Origin: Bugula neritina
Taxonomy: Eukaryota; Animalia; Bryozoa
Length of the DNA stretch: 64,000 nt
NCBI GenBank assembly: GCA_964035545.1
Contig: OZ037767.1
Span: forward strand, 23,452,628-23,516,627
Reading direction: 5' to 3'
The position numbers and the translations under genes were made by a program. The notes under the pieces were generated by a model. That model did no database searches, was not told where the DNA came from, and was given only the letters and a program-made list of their open reading frames with translations. Shown here piece after piece: positions 22,001 to 31,323 of this stretch (position 1 is the first letter of the stretch; each line of letters begins with the position of its first letter).

Positions 22001-24089
22001 GCAAATAGTTCCAGCCGTGCGCAACAACCACGCTGCCCAGTCTTTTCGTACGCTGACGTTGTCAAGGGAAGACGCATTCAAACTCAATCCACGGACATCC
22101 AAGCTTGAACGCTGAGTATGATTACAAATACCGGGTTCTCAGGTAAGCTTGCTCTGAGCTAACATTTCCACTCATGGAAACCAGTCTACCATCAGTCAGT
22201 TCTGATTTAATCGCCTTGATTGAATCACAACTACTGGGGACTGAGTCTTACGTGAAAGGCGACGAGAACATAAAGATGGCCGACGATCTACTAGATCTGG
22301 AGCTTGACACTATGTCTCTCTGTCAGTCTACACGACACGACTCAGTCCCTCGAGTGCTATCTGAAAAGATGTATGACTCCCAGACTAGTAACAGTCGGTT
22401 GTCATCAGAATTATGGTGTAAAGATCATATTCGATCTAACAGTAATTCTGCTCTTTTAGATACCGCTCTCTCTCCTCTCTCTGGTGACATGCCGTCACTA
22501 GAAATGGCTTGGAACGAGGAACCCGTTCCCACTACTCTTCCGGAGGCACTCCTACAACAATCATGCTGGGTTACAACAGATACAGAAACACTGATACGAG
22601 AGCACAAAGGAGACGACCAATGCACCACCTGCCGTTTATGCCAGCTTCACTTCACTACCCCACGAAGACTTCGAGTTCATATTCCCCAACATTATTTCAC
22701 CACCTTTTGTCCCTGTGGTGAATATAGTTACCACAGGGACTACATCCTCCGTCACCAGCGAACTATGGGATGCCATATTGGACACCTGTTCGAAGTCGAC
22801 GAACCCTCCTTTCCACAATTCCTTAATCTCATCCGACCGTTCATATCAGACCCAGTTCGATATGAACGGCTGCGTCAGGAGTTCCCCGCACCCAGGACCA
22901 TCACACAGGGACCCTGCCCTAAACCACCCGGATATAGGAAACCACGCGTATCCCGTTCCTCACCCCCCGCACGCACAGTGCCCCACCCCGACTCCATACC
23001 AAGAGTCGTGTTACGACGCATCGATATACCACAGCGATGGCGTCCCTCCCCCCCTGTCTCCCCAAGGCCTTCTCGTAAACGGCGTTGGCCATCTTCATCC
23101 CCCAACCGACACTCTGCCCCTGCCAGGAATCTAGGCGAGGCAGAAGAGCGGATACGAGAATTAGAGAAAGAGGTGCAAAGACTGACACCGAGAATCTCCG
23201 CCGCCGCATCAGAACTCCGGGCCCTCTCTGCCTCTGTAGCCCGAATGAAAGGAAGTGCTTGAAGATGATGTCCCTCCTCTCCCTATCCGTGATGGTACAG
23301 CAGGTGGTGCCCCATTACAGACCCTTCTCACGCCGGTGCTCACAAACAATTACTCAGTGTAACAATATAGTAACCTACCAGTATACAGCTCTACCTCTAC
23401 AAACTATCCCTTATAAGTGCCTCCCGCCGGTGCCATTGTGTATTTACTGTTATATTTTTTTATATATGTATATGTTTCTTATTACTGTACATAGCCATGT
23501 TTTTCTCTTATGTGCCACACGCTCTCTCGGTTTTTTTTATATAGTTTTATAACATTTTATGTTCGAATTTATTGTATCTGTGTTATCAGAAAGTAGGGCT
23601 TTCTGCTGGGGGGGGGCGGTGTAGTAAGGACGTAATGCGCGCGTCCCCCGTATTCCTTCAGCCTATCCAAGTGCGTCACGTGATAGCCCTCAGTTAGTAG
23701 TAGTTTTGCAGTAGAGCGAGCGTGCTAACTAAGCGAAGATGTAATCTCTAATCTGTGTACGTGCTGTATCTTTTATATAATTAGTAGTGAATAAACTTGG
23801 AAACTTTTACCTAAATACTTTATTGGTGTAGATAAATAGACATAATTACAAGCTAGGAACCCACGCATAGTAGTTACATAACTTACTACAATATTAATAT
23901 TAATTAACGGCAATAGAATTTCTGTTAAACCTTAAAACCTAACAATAATGAAATAAAATGATTTAAACTACTCCATTATCTTTATCGTGACATAATGTTA
24001 AACTTCAAGCAATGTACCTGAAATTTCATGTAATCAGAACAAAGTTCTACATTTTGATTTTCCTTCTCCGAATTTATGGAGGCGGACAT
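13055..24089 (-). CDS. MIX23: Mitochondrial intermembrane-space protein MIX23 (CCDC58), 148 aa, 5 coding exons
   Basis: Exons 24089-24018, 14885-14757, 13834-13682, 13339-13280, 13087-13055; all GT-AG, all phase 0. Translation (..CSDYMKFQDLLDRQRKNDDIIINLINSTIP..KCKEIKENLDKSHKAREEAIKKCI..LQSELGVEEIVQERTRKVLHERCRAFF) matches CCDC58 as I recall it, including four conserved Cys and QSELxVEE/ERCR. Confidence 0.9.
16317..16587 (+). repeat. 5' LTR (271 bp)
   Basis: TGTAGTAAG...CTTACTACA perfect 9-bp terminal inverted repeat; differs from 3' LTR at 16343 (A vs C) and 16486 (A vs G); contains GTCACGTGA, TATATAA and AATAAA. Confidence 0.98.
16589..16607 (+). promoter_or_regulatory. Primer-binding site complementary to the tRNA-Leu (AAG/UAG type) 3' end
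   Basis: TGGTGGCAGCGGTGGGATT starts 1 nt after the LTR and is the reverse complement of the metazoan tRNA-Leu 3' end AATCCCACCGCTGCCACCA. Confidence 0.9.
16649..22108 (+). CDS. Gag-Pol polyprotein (1819 aa, single frame): capsid-like Gag, aspartic protease, RT, RNase H, integrase with GPY/F, Pro-rich tail
   Basis: Motifs: VPVFTG (gag), LLDSG and ILGMPFL (PR), WRFCVDYRKLN, LPFGL, YLDD (RT), TDAS..KELLAV..TDH..NADGLSR (RNase H), H..H..CEIC, IDLVGP, SDQG, VERNN (IN), KFVGPY. Confidence 0.97.
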   Translation: MDEGVTSMEGGEQNIIIGPLGAGEEVYRNTLEVPVFTGREDIEQFVQEFREAAAITRWPPRVTLTKLRMALTGEAKPYGWKPSINGIIATLRARFGMPVAVAKSRLRGLLRKTCTPLSDHATLVQRLARTAYSDLPETHRRHYTFEAFVQSLNSLDFHHQLQAKGVTTIEAAIQENKAYAGAERLYKTEETTPQTSREPDHPVHTAAATTKPPIEMEISRLMTRLGQLVATITYNHSRKSKRTAAKPPRPMMRRWESGNQGHRHLSGPRFKRQQKPQPPRRPPELRGHTQRGKRGGCRQEPVRAQQHTPRQWQTPRRTSQPGRPRDPFSLPLTNRFSPLPVMEQTSEAPQGIGEDQNASPQGNSHRPRKPRNKRAQPRSAETEHAGGVRVQPHGGSYFLPGKVAGKAVTFLLDSGCTTNLLSRRVFDTLPLKERGALAPYTGEPGTLADGSRIPFYGIIELAGRVRDQAIQETFVISPLEEDAILGMPFLKRHGCHIDFSKSAMLMGGKELTCVDKFGRPLAGGVQVVRNCTIPGRSRATVHCRVNNSQLSGLGVVEGAHTRIQLASSLNRLTDRGEILVQCVNPFSEAVQLPSGSMLGRFHSIQEEDIGLSLGAATEGPQQSPSVRRGTVPSHVKELYQAACNGCTGNVERQTMAQLLRDYSDVFSSGDHDVSLTTAVRHEIPLAAGTTPIRQPTRRLGPEKEKEVSQQVQDLLDRGLIEPAHSAWSSPVVLVRKKDGSWRFCVDYRKLNSVTIQDAYPLPRIDESLDALAGSKYFSTLDLLSGYWQVPLSPDAQEKAAFITRDGLWKWKVLPFGLTSAPATFQRLMEQVLSGLHWKTLLVYLDDVIVISPDFQTHVSRLREVFDRLRGANLKLKPSKCALLQPEVKYLGHIVGRHGVATDPEKVRAIEDWVTPQDLTGLRAFLGLVGYYRQYIPDFAGVAQPLNRLTAKGVTWQWTPVEQRAFDCLKGRLLEAPILAYPDPALEYILDTDASDQNVGAVLSQVQEGREVVVAYYSKSLSPTERNYCTTRKELLAVIKSVKHFRPYLYGRKFRLRTDHASLIWLCKRAEPPSQVARWLEVLAEFSYRIEHRPGKKHGNADGLSRRPDEGCKQCLNIEKRDGGPPKSELRALNHSETEYDWDQGQLLQKAATPPEAIQRLRANPVLADNVRELRRLQEDLPGVVADVYRAKKEGRRPSEEQLRQGCTELRSYCQRWDSLRIGPDGLLTITVAAHNNQYGRKRVICPAAIRRELVWDTHKQAHAGVSRVLSKLQLRWYWPGMEREVRRRVKQCEICQASKHGRLPGEAGRRRLYAGRPWQVVAIDLVGPMPVTPRGNSWILVLTDHFTRWADALAIPDASAPTVARVLDQNVFCYLGLPEQIHSDQGAQFQSQLLSDLCRLWGVNQSRTTPYHPQGNGVVERNNRMLGDALRSLLLGRGQEEWDTVLPQVMRAYRSTPHTSTGETPNLLMLGREMRVPDHLTYHIPEQDYTIHEYASKLIEDLRAAHEILRAKQWQVRREDSQEPPLYQTGDWVWMVNYRRRRGQAAKLQPKFVGPYVVVEAMPNHTYKLERSGQVSVQNETRLKPYWASPGAAGAAPPLLEPRRQTVTRGRQRHGPEYEVVVPRGEDLVRQETPLPPTEVRPPPPVPSLPPPLPFPHPRPEVQNPPVGGAPSGDNSGEGNTTTNGGPETPQVEQNSPPVSTPPQPTATTPSPADTSPPLERGQRTRQPSAYLKDYICDRVTNGSYESLAGRRTEGLAAKRGSCEHHGNLNFCEGGVVNKTTTPGANSSSRAQQPRCPVFSYADVVKGRRIQTQSTDIQA
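22174..23262 (+). CDS. Accessory retrotransposon ORF2 (362 aa): acidic N-terminus, C2H2 zinc finger(s), Pro/Arg-rich basic region, C-terminal coiled coil
   Basis: Long ATG ORF inside the LTRs, 65 bp after the pol stop, in a different frame. CRLC-x12-HIPQH canonical finger, then CPC-x12-H-x5-CH; RPSRKRR; heptad-like LGEAEERIRELEKEVQRL..ELRALSASV. Confidence 0.8.
   Translation: METSLPSVSSDLIALIESQLLGTESYVKGDENIKMADDLLDLELDTMSLCQSTRHDSVPRVLSEKMYDSQTSNSRLSSELWCKDHIRSNSNSALLDTALSPLSGDMPSLEMAWNEEPVPTTLPEALLQQSCWVTTDTETLIREHKGDDQCTTCRLCQLHFTTPRRLRVHIPQHYFTTFCPCGEYSYHRDYILRHQRTMGCHIGHLFEVDEPSFPQFLNLIRPFISDPVRYERLRQEFPAPRTITQGPCPKPPGYRKPRVSRSSPPARTVPHPDSIPRVVLRRIDIPQRWRPSPPVSPRPSRKRRWPSSSPNRHSAPARNLGEAEERIRELEKEVQRLTPRISAAASELRALSASVARMKGSA
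23608..23619 (+). promoter_or_regulatory. Polypurine tract
   Basis: GGGGGGGGGCGG immediately 5' of the 3' LTR. Confidence 0.85.
23620..23890 (+). repeat. 3' LTR (271 bp)
   Basis: 269/271 identical to the 5' LTR by manual comparison; TG...CA ends. Confidence 0.98.
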
Positions 24090-24462
24090 CTTGACTAGTA
24101 TTCGGCAGAAAATTTAGTCTCGAGATATGTAATGAACAAAAAATACTTTGCTGGACATTTTAACTGTCGCAATAAATTTTGTAATTTAAAACTATTTAAA
24201 GTACATAATAAGCTCTGTAAACGATGATTTAAAAAAAATTGTAATAATAAGACGAGTGTTGGAGTGTGGCTAGCTCAGCTGTGGTTATTACGAGAAAAGA
24301 CAACTAACATTATCAATTGCTACCGACATTCTACAGGTGGAAAACTTAAAATTAATCACATGGCAAGTTTCTAACTGGACAACAAAATATTAAAGAAAAT
24401 ATTTAAATTAATGAATTAATTTCCTTCATTCTGGCTACTACTAACTGCAAAAAGCACTAAAA
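24090..24462. promoter_or_regulatory. Probable bidirectional promoter region of MIX23 and CSTF1
   Basis: Only 373 bp separate the divergent start codons (24089 minus, 24463 plus); CpGs look locally more frequent than in flanking introns. Confidence 0.7.
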
Positions 24463-27400
24463 ATGACGTCCGGAGACTTGAATTTTTCAGTAAAAGATCG
24501 CGAAAATATGTACAGACTTATTATAAGGTAGGCGTGAAGGTTGATAAAATTATTATGATATTAATATTTACTATGATTACCATTTTTAACAGTTTGACTT
24601 TGAGTTCAACTTTTGTCATTATGATTATGATTATCCTATAAACTTCAGATTTAACTTTTACTTTATCGTTTATGATTGTGATATTCGTATTAATTTTAAT
24701 CATATTGTTATTGTGAAAGAGTAGAGAGTATGGTAATTTATGTACTTATAGTTATTTTAATCTTGAACTTAAAGTTAAAGTAAATCTGGTGCAAATATTT
24801 ATATTATTATTAATATAGCCTAATTATTTGTATCACTATCAATTATCAAATTCAATCGATAGAACATGAGCATACACGAAATTAAATGATAATGCTGTCT
24901 GCCAGTTTATTGTAGCCATTATTCTAAGTTTAACTTTGGCCAATACTGAATACTCTTAGTCTTAGTGATAGTGTCATACTGATACTGATAGTGATACTGT
25001 GAGTGAAAAAAAGGTGTAAACCTCGTTGTTATTTTTTTAAGCTATAAAAGTAAATTTAAAGCTTTAAGTTTATTTTATTTTACCAAAGTTAGTACTTAGA
25101 GTTAGTTATAATTTGATTTTTCTTGTAGTCAGTTGTTTTATGATGGGTATCAAAGCCTGGCTGTAAATTTGGCGACTACTGTGAAAGCTCACCCTGCATG
25201 CTCACCTAGTGACAGACTAATGAAAATCATTCAACTCGGTCTTCGCGAGGAGGAAGGTACTAATAACAGTTTTACTTAATAAAACATGTAATGATGATAC
25301 GATGATATGAGATTAATTAGCCTTGTTTGTTTTTTTTTGCTTTCACCTGTAAATGCTATTAAACCATTTGAACATAAGTCAACTGAGTTGTGTTGATTAG
25401 CTGTTGTTTACTAGTGAAGTCTCATGTGATTGGTCACAATTTGCTGACTCTTTTGGGATTGTGACAGCGGTAATAGCGTTTGCCATTCTTCTCCACAAAA
25501 CCAAATTCAACAAATTTGGTCTTCATTTGTCCGCCAATGTACCATTTTGAATTTAAGAGTAAATATACATTTTGTCTACATTTTTCAACTTCTTATTAGA
25601 AAAGTTCTTTTTGCACTTAACTACTTATGGTAAATTACTCTCTTATATTTTCTTGTTACAGAACATAATGATGCACAAAAGCAAAGTGTGATATTACCTG
25701 GAACAGGCATCGACCTAGAATTTGAGACTGATGTAAAGTCTATATCACCTGATGCTGCACAGTACGACACGCTCTATGTCACAGCACACAAAGGTCCATG
25801 TCGAGCTGGCGCTTTCCACCCTAAAGGTATAATAACATTTGCTTTTAATCAAACCATTTATAAGTTAATTTTTAAAGTTTTCAATTTTAGTACAATATAA
25901 ACATCCAGAGTATTAAAAGTTAAAACAGTAATATAGCAACTTTCTGTAACAGGTCATCTAGTAGCAACGGGGTCTGAGGATTCTTCCATCAAAATAATAG
26001 ATGTAAACAGAATGTTGGCTAAGGCCAATGAAACTGATGATGCTGAATCTAATAAAAGTACCAAGGAACAATTAGAAACTCATCCCGTGATTCGTACATT
26101 ATATGACCATTCTGCTGTAAGTTCAATAATTATATTTATATAATACTTTTTGTCAAATGTTTTGTTTTATACTTTTAGTGATAATTTATCGTTCTAAAAT
26201 ATTTCAATTTTCTTAATTTTGTTTGGCTAACATTTAAACCCAGAGACTGAGAATAGAGAATGGTTTATGTCAGTATTACATAGTCTACTGTTTTGTTCAG
26301 CCAAATAATCAGACAAGTTCATCAAGAAAGTTGTGTTGCAATTGTATAATGTTTTTGTTACCAAAGCATTGTTCACAAATCAACCATTTATATTTTCATC
26401 TAGGAAGTTACATGCCTTGATTTTCATTCCCACAATGCAGTTTTGGTATCGGGTTCTGTTGATCGAACAGTCAAAGTATTTGATTATTCAAAATCTTCTA
26501 CCAAGAAAGCTCAGAAATGCATCCAGGTATGTTCAATGACTCATGCCCTGTGCTTTGTTCTCAAGTTTTGATGTTGAAAATAACACAATTTTATATATTG
26601 TTTGAATTATTCCTACATTCGGAAATTTGATTTTAGCCTCACCACTATTTGCCATACACATTCCCACTTGGAAAGTTTACTTTCAGACAAAATCATTTTA
26701 ATATTTGTACTTTTTGAGTTTTACTGTCCATATGCAAGTACAATGCTACTAAATTGTTAGATAATGAATGTTATTGAAATATGCCCCCCCTAAGTTTTAA
26801 TTCAGTGATGAATATGTTGTTATACAATATAGATTAATAGCATACATAGAGCTATATTTTGAAATATTATAGTATTATAATCTGTGATTTGACTTTTGTG
26901 TAGGAGGCTTATCCAGTGAAGTCATTAAACTTACACCCTACTTGTGATTGGTTACTTGTGAGCACAGAACACCCCACAGGTAAGTGTTTACAACACCAGA
27001 GTATCACATAGAGTAACGGCTGTTGTGTTGTCGGCCATGTTTATGAATAACTAGATATTTTAATAGTTCTGACTTAACATTGGTGGTTAGTGCTAAGTTA
27101 GTTCATCTGAAAGTATAATTTTTGTTGCACGATATCGCTGATTTTGAGTATATGTGTTAACAATGGCTGTTTACAGCTCATGTGTTTCCCCGACATGTAA
27201 CTAGTTTCTGGTGATCACTGCGTTTCGAAGCTTCTGCGAATGGAATTTTTTATTGGTGTTTGTAAACAGTTGTATTGAATGAAAAACCACAAACCATAAG
27301 TTCATGCAAACTGCAACCACGAATTCATCCGCACTAATTCAAATGAGCTTTGTACAGTTTGACAAAATTTATAAAAATTTCAAAAGTTTAACTTATAACA

Positions 27401-30029
27401 CTAGTGTTGGTCAATATTAGAAAAAATCCTAACAGTAATGAACTGTCGAGAGTTTTTCTTGTAGCAAATTTCATTTCTACCTTTTGGATACCTTCGAATG
27501 AAGTAGAATCTTATGTGGACTTTACACTATTTGATATTTCCTAACCAGATCTTAAATTTAGTAATTCCAATCAAACAAAGTTTTTGCATTAAAATTCAGA
27601 ATTTTTCTATGTAATTATTGATGGTCTCAGCTTATATTTGTATTACGATAATTTTTCTTTGTGATGCAGCTATAATTCAGATTAATATTATAAGGTGTAT
27701 ATTTACATGCCCACAGTCCCGTCTATACTTGCGTCTATACTTGCGACAACAAGTAGTAGTAATAAATATTCTCAACTGCTGATAATAAATCATAATAATA
27801 AATTGTAACAATATTAATATTGATGATAATAATAATATGCTGTGTGTTTGTTGGTTTTCAGTCAGACTGTATGATATGAATACTCAACAGTGTTTTGTTG
27901 GAAGCAATCCTGGTGATCAGCACTCTGCCCCTGTTAACTCTGTGAGTTCTACTCTATATATCTGTTAACTCAGTGAGTACTACTCCTATATATCTGTTAA
28001 CTCAGTGAGTACAACTCCTATATATCTGTTAACTCAGTGAGTACAACTCCTATATATCTGTTAACTCTGTGAGTACTACTCCTATATATCTGTTAACTCA
28101 GTGAGTACTGCTCCTATATATCTGTTAACTCTGTGAGTACTACTCCTATACATCAGTTAGTCGCAGTAGAGGTTTACTCTAAACTCTCACACTGTCCTTT
28201 ACTAAGTAAACAAAAGTGCAGTCCATCTTTTATAATAGTAGTGTGCTTTCTTCTTTAAGCTTTTCTAGTATACTGCATATTTTGGTTTGTCCTTATAAAA
28301 TCATCGTTGTTTTCTTTTTTATTAACGTTAGTGCTGCTGGAGCTCAAATGCAAAGGTCTTTGCAACCGGTTCAGCTGATGGTAACATTAGACTGTGGGAT
28401 GGAATAAGTAATAAGTGCTTCTGCACATTCACTGGAGCTCATGGTGGCTCGGAAATTGTGTCTGTTACATTTTCCAGAAACTCTAAGGTGCGTCTAATTT
28501 ACTTTACTCTTATTTGCAAAGTTGGTTTAAGTTGCTAATGGTAATAGTTTTCATACCCTATATTTCAATTTATTTCTATCTAGCATTTGCTCTAAAATTG
28601 CTAAGATTTTTTCAGCTACGGTGTTTAATTTTTTTAATTGCTTCCATACAACATTTTGCTATTTAATTGAATTGTTATAATCGGAGTTTAAATGAAGTTT
28701 CGATAACTTTGAAATAAAGTATTCAGAAGTGCAGTAACTTGTTTATTAAACACATACAGTATTTGCTGTCTGCCGGGATGGACTCTATGGTGAAGCTGTG
28801 GGAACTTTCTACATCCAGGTGTCTCATAGCCTACACAGGTGCTGGCAGTACTGGCTCAATGACCACCAAGACTAATGCTGTCTTCAATCACACTGAAGAC
28901 TATGGTAAGTGCAGGCAGTGTCTACATAGATGTTGTGCAGCTCCTGCTGTTCCTGAAATATAACAGCACAGTTTTGCAATAAGAAATTGGTGAAAGCTGC
29001 TGTCATTTCAATCAATAGTTACTAACTGTTTTTCATGGCAAGCATCATAATGTCACACCAGAATATCGAATAGCTTGTACATTCCAAGTTTCTTTTGCTT
29101 TGAACTTGCTTTTGAGTTTTAGCGGAAATCAATTGCATATACATTTACACATATCTCAATATGCTTAAAATAAATATAGATGCATCTAGACAGTATTTTC
29201 CTACTGACTCTATTTCCTCTACTGCCTTTATGAATGCTCTTAATCTGTGTCTATTTCATGTTTTATTCAGTTTTGTTCCCTGATGAGAAAACCACTAGTC
29301 TCTGTTGTTGGGACTCAAGAAATGCTGAGCGACAGCCTCTACTTTCTCTCAGTAAGACTTACTCATAACTTTCAATGTATGCCTAACGGTGTTTAAACTG
29401 CCCTTTTTTACTAGTCCAGCCTCTGAGAGTAATGCCAACAGTGTGGAAATCTTAGCTAACTCTCTTGGGCTGCTGTAACATCTCTCATGATCTATTCCCA
29501 CTTATAAGTTTATATTTTTACTCTTTACCTGCTGAACAATTGTAGGTATATTTTGTTTTCTTGAGTTATATTGAAATCTACTGAGAAGTTTCTTTTAAAC
29601 TTCAGGTTTTTAGGGTAAACTGTAACAAGTTTTTAAATTATAATTGCTGTCGTAGCTTGATAATTACCGCTAATTTTTAAAACCACAAGTGGGAAGACAA
29701 TTTTTATTGCAATTTTTTCTAGTTTAGAATCTTACTTACTTAGATATAAACTAGGTGTTGGGATGCTACCGTTACAAGCCTTCAAATTTCGAAAATATGA
29801 AAGTCCAAATTTCAAATAACTAATTGGTTTGCTTTCACCTGTATTCATCTGTTTCAACGTTCACACTGCTCCACGTACTTCTTTGATTTTGACATGCTGT
29901 ACTTTTGTAGGTCATAACAACGTGGTGACCGCAATGCATCATTCTCCTGTTGCTGCCGCGTTTATTACATGTAGTGATGACCAGAGAATGAGATTCTGGC
30001 ACAGTAGAAGTGCTGCTGAAAGTCTATAA
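24463..30029 (+). CDS. CSTF1: Cleavage stimulation factor 50-kDa subunit (WD40), 11 coding exons
   Basis: Exons 24463-24527, 25129-25256, 25662-25826, 25953-26116, 26404-26526, 26904-26979, 27862-27941, 28332-28487, 28760-28904, 29271-29351, 29911-30029; GT-AG, in phase. Motifs [70 protein letters not shown]. Confidence 0.96.
27931..28153 (+). repeat. 32-bp tandem repeat x7 spanning the CSTF1 exon 7/intron 7 junction
   Basis: Unit CTGTTAACTC(A/T)GTGAGTAC(T/A)ACTCCTATATAT starts at 27931 (31 bp), 27962, 27994, 28026, 28058, 28090, 28122. Confidence 0.95.
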
Positions 30030-31323
30030 AAAGGACATTTTTGGCAGCACCAAGTTGTCTTCTATGTACAGAACTTGTAAATAAACTATAATTTTTGTAT
30101 TTGCTTAATGTGACAGCAATAGGACGGTTAATGTTATGTATGTTTATGTAATCATTATGTAAATGCTGGGGTATTTTAAGAGTGTAAGTAAGTTGATACG
30201 TGGCCTGTATTTCAGCCAACAATTGTGTCCAAACTTTCTTTAAATTTGAAGTTTTATTTATAAATATAAATAGTTAATTTTATTAGGCTGTAAATGTAGC
30301 AATAATTTGAAAACACTATTACTTATAGTAACAATACTATAAAATTGTAATGTTACGATTGAAGTTGTAGGTTTTGTGATTCTTTAAATAAAATTCTCAT
30401 ACAAAATAGTCCTATCTAGTTTATTCATTAGTCTACAGAAGCAGCCAAAAACACAATTTTAATATAATTACATTTTAACACTATGTGTAAAGCAATATAG
30501 AAGTGTGTGTGTGTAACAATATGTATAGCAATTAGTCAGACTGTTGCTTTTGCTTCGGATATTAGAAATCTAGCAAAGAGTAAATTAGTTAATATCTTGG
30601 CAGGCAATTGCAAGTATTTGCTGCATATAACCTCTGTCACAGTGATATCCTGCAGAATAGCTGTGCATGTTGTGAAGGCATTGCTTCTAAGCAGTTACCT
30701 TCCTAGCTATATTATTGTGACTCATAGCACATGTCTCAAGCTATTATCACCTTTATAAGAATTAAGAGAAGCATACTTTACCACGTTGCCAAACTTTTAG
30801 CTGCTGGCAAGACTTGAAGCCTTATAATGCGAAACTATAGCTGGTATTTCAATGGTTGCACCCTTCATACACAATAATCTTTATAACAGAATGTATATAA
30901 CATATGTATAAAATGTATTCACAAAATGAGAAAGATATTGTTGAGGTAATCACTGGTGCAATATAAATTAATTAGAGCAAACATAGTTTATGCTAATGTC
31001 AAGAGACTTCTTGCATATTTCAAAAAATATTATCTGAGGAGGCAAAACAGAAAATAAAAATAAAGTGAGTATTTGTCAACCTAATCGCAAGAAAATACTA
31101 TCAACACAGCATTTAGCACAGCAGGCTTAGTTTACGGAAGATATGATTTTTTATAGGAAGAATTAACATTAAATACTAGTAAAATGTAATAAAATAAATA
31201 AATAAATAGTAGACATGCAATACAACTTATTGTATAATATGTGTAAACTACATGTATTCAATAAATATAAGTGACTAGTAAATTGTCTGCTCTTCTCTCT
31301 AAATTGCAGGATTCCAACTGAAA

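Larger units (their letters stand above)
16317..23890 (+). mobile_element. Full-length Ty3/gypsy LTR retrotransposon, 7574 bp, antisense within MIX23 intron 1
   Basis: Two 271-bp LTRs; 4-bp TSD ATAT (16313-16316 / 23891-23894); PBS; PPT; uninterrupted gag-pol with PR-RT-RH-IN order; extra 3' ORF. Confidence 0.98.

Noticed and set aside
21400-22108. Chromodomain at the integrase C-terminus
   Set aside because: The tail is Pro/Thr/Ser-rich with an RxRxPxxLxDY-type motif; no chromodomain aromatic pattern.
22174-23262. ORF2 as an envelope (env) gene
   Set aside because: No signal peptide, transmembrane segment or fusion-peptide-like region visible; it has zinc-finger and NLS-like features instead.
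16786-23552. Many short overlapping or antisense ORFs inside the retrotransposon (e.g. 20777-21490 minus, 23085-23552 plus)
   Set aside because: Expected shadows of a GC-rich coding region; mostly non-ATG starts and no recognisable motifs.
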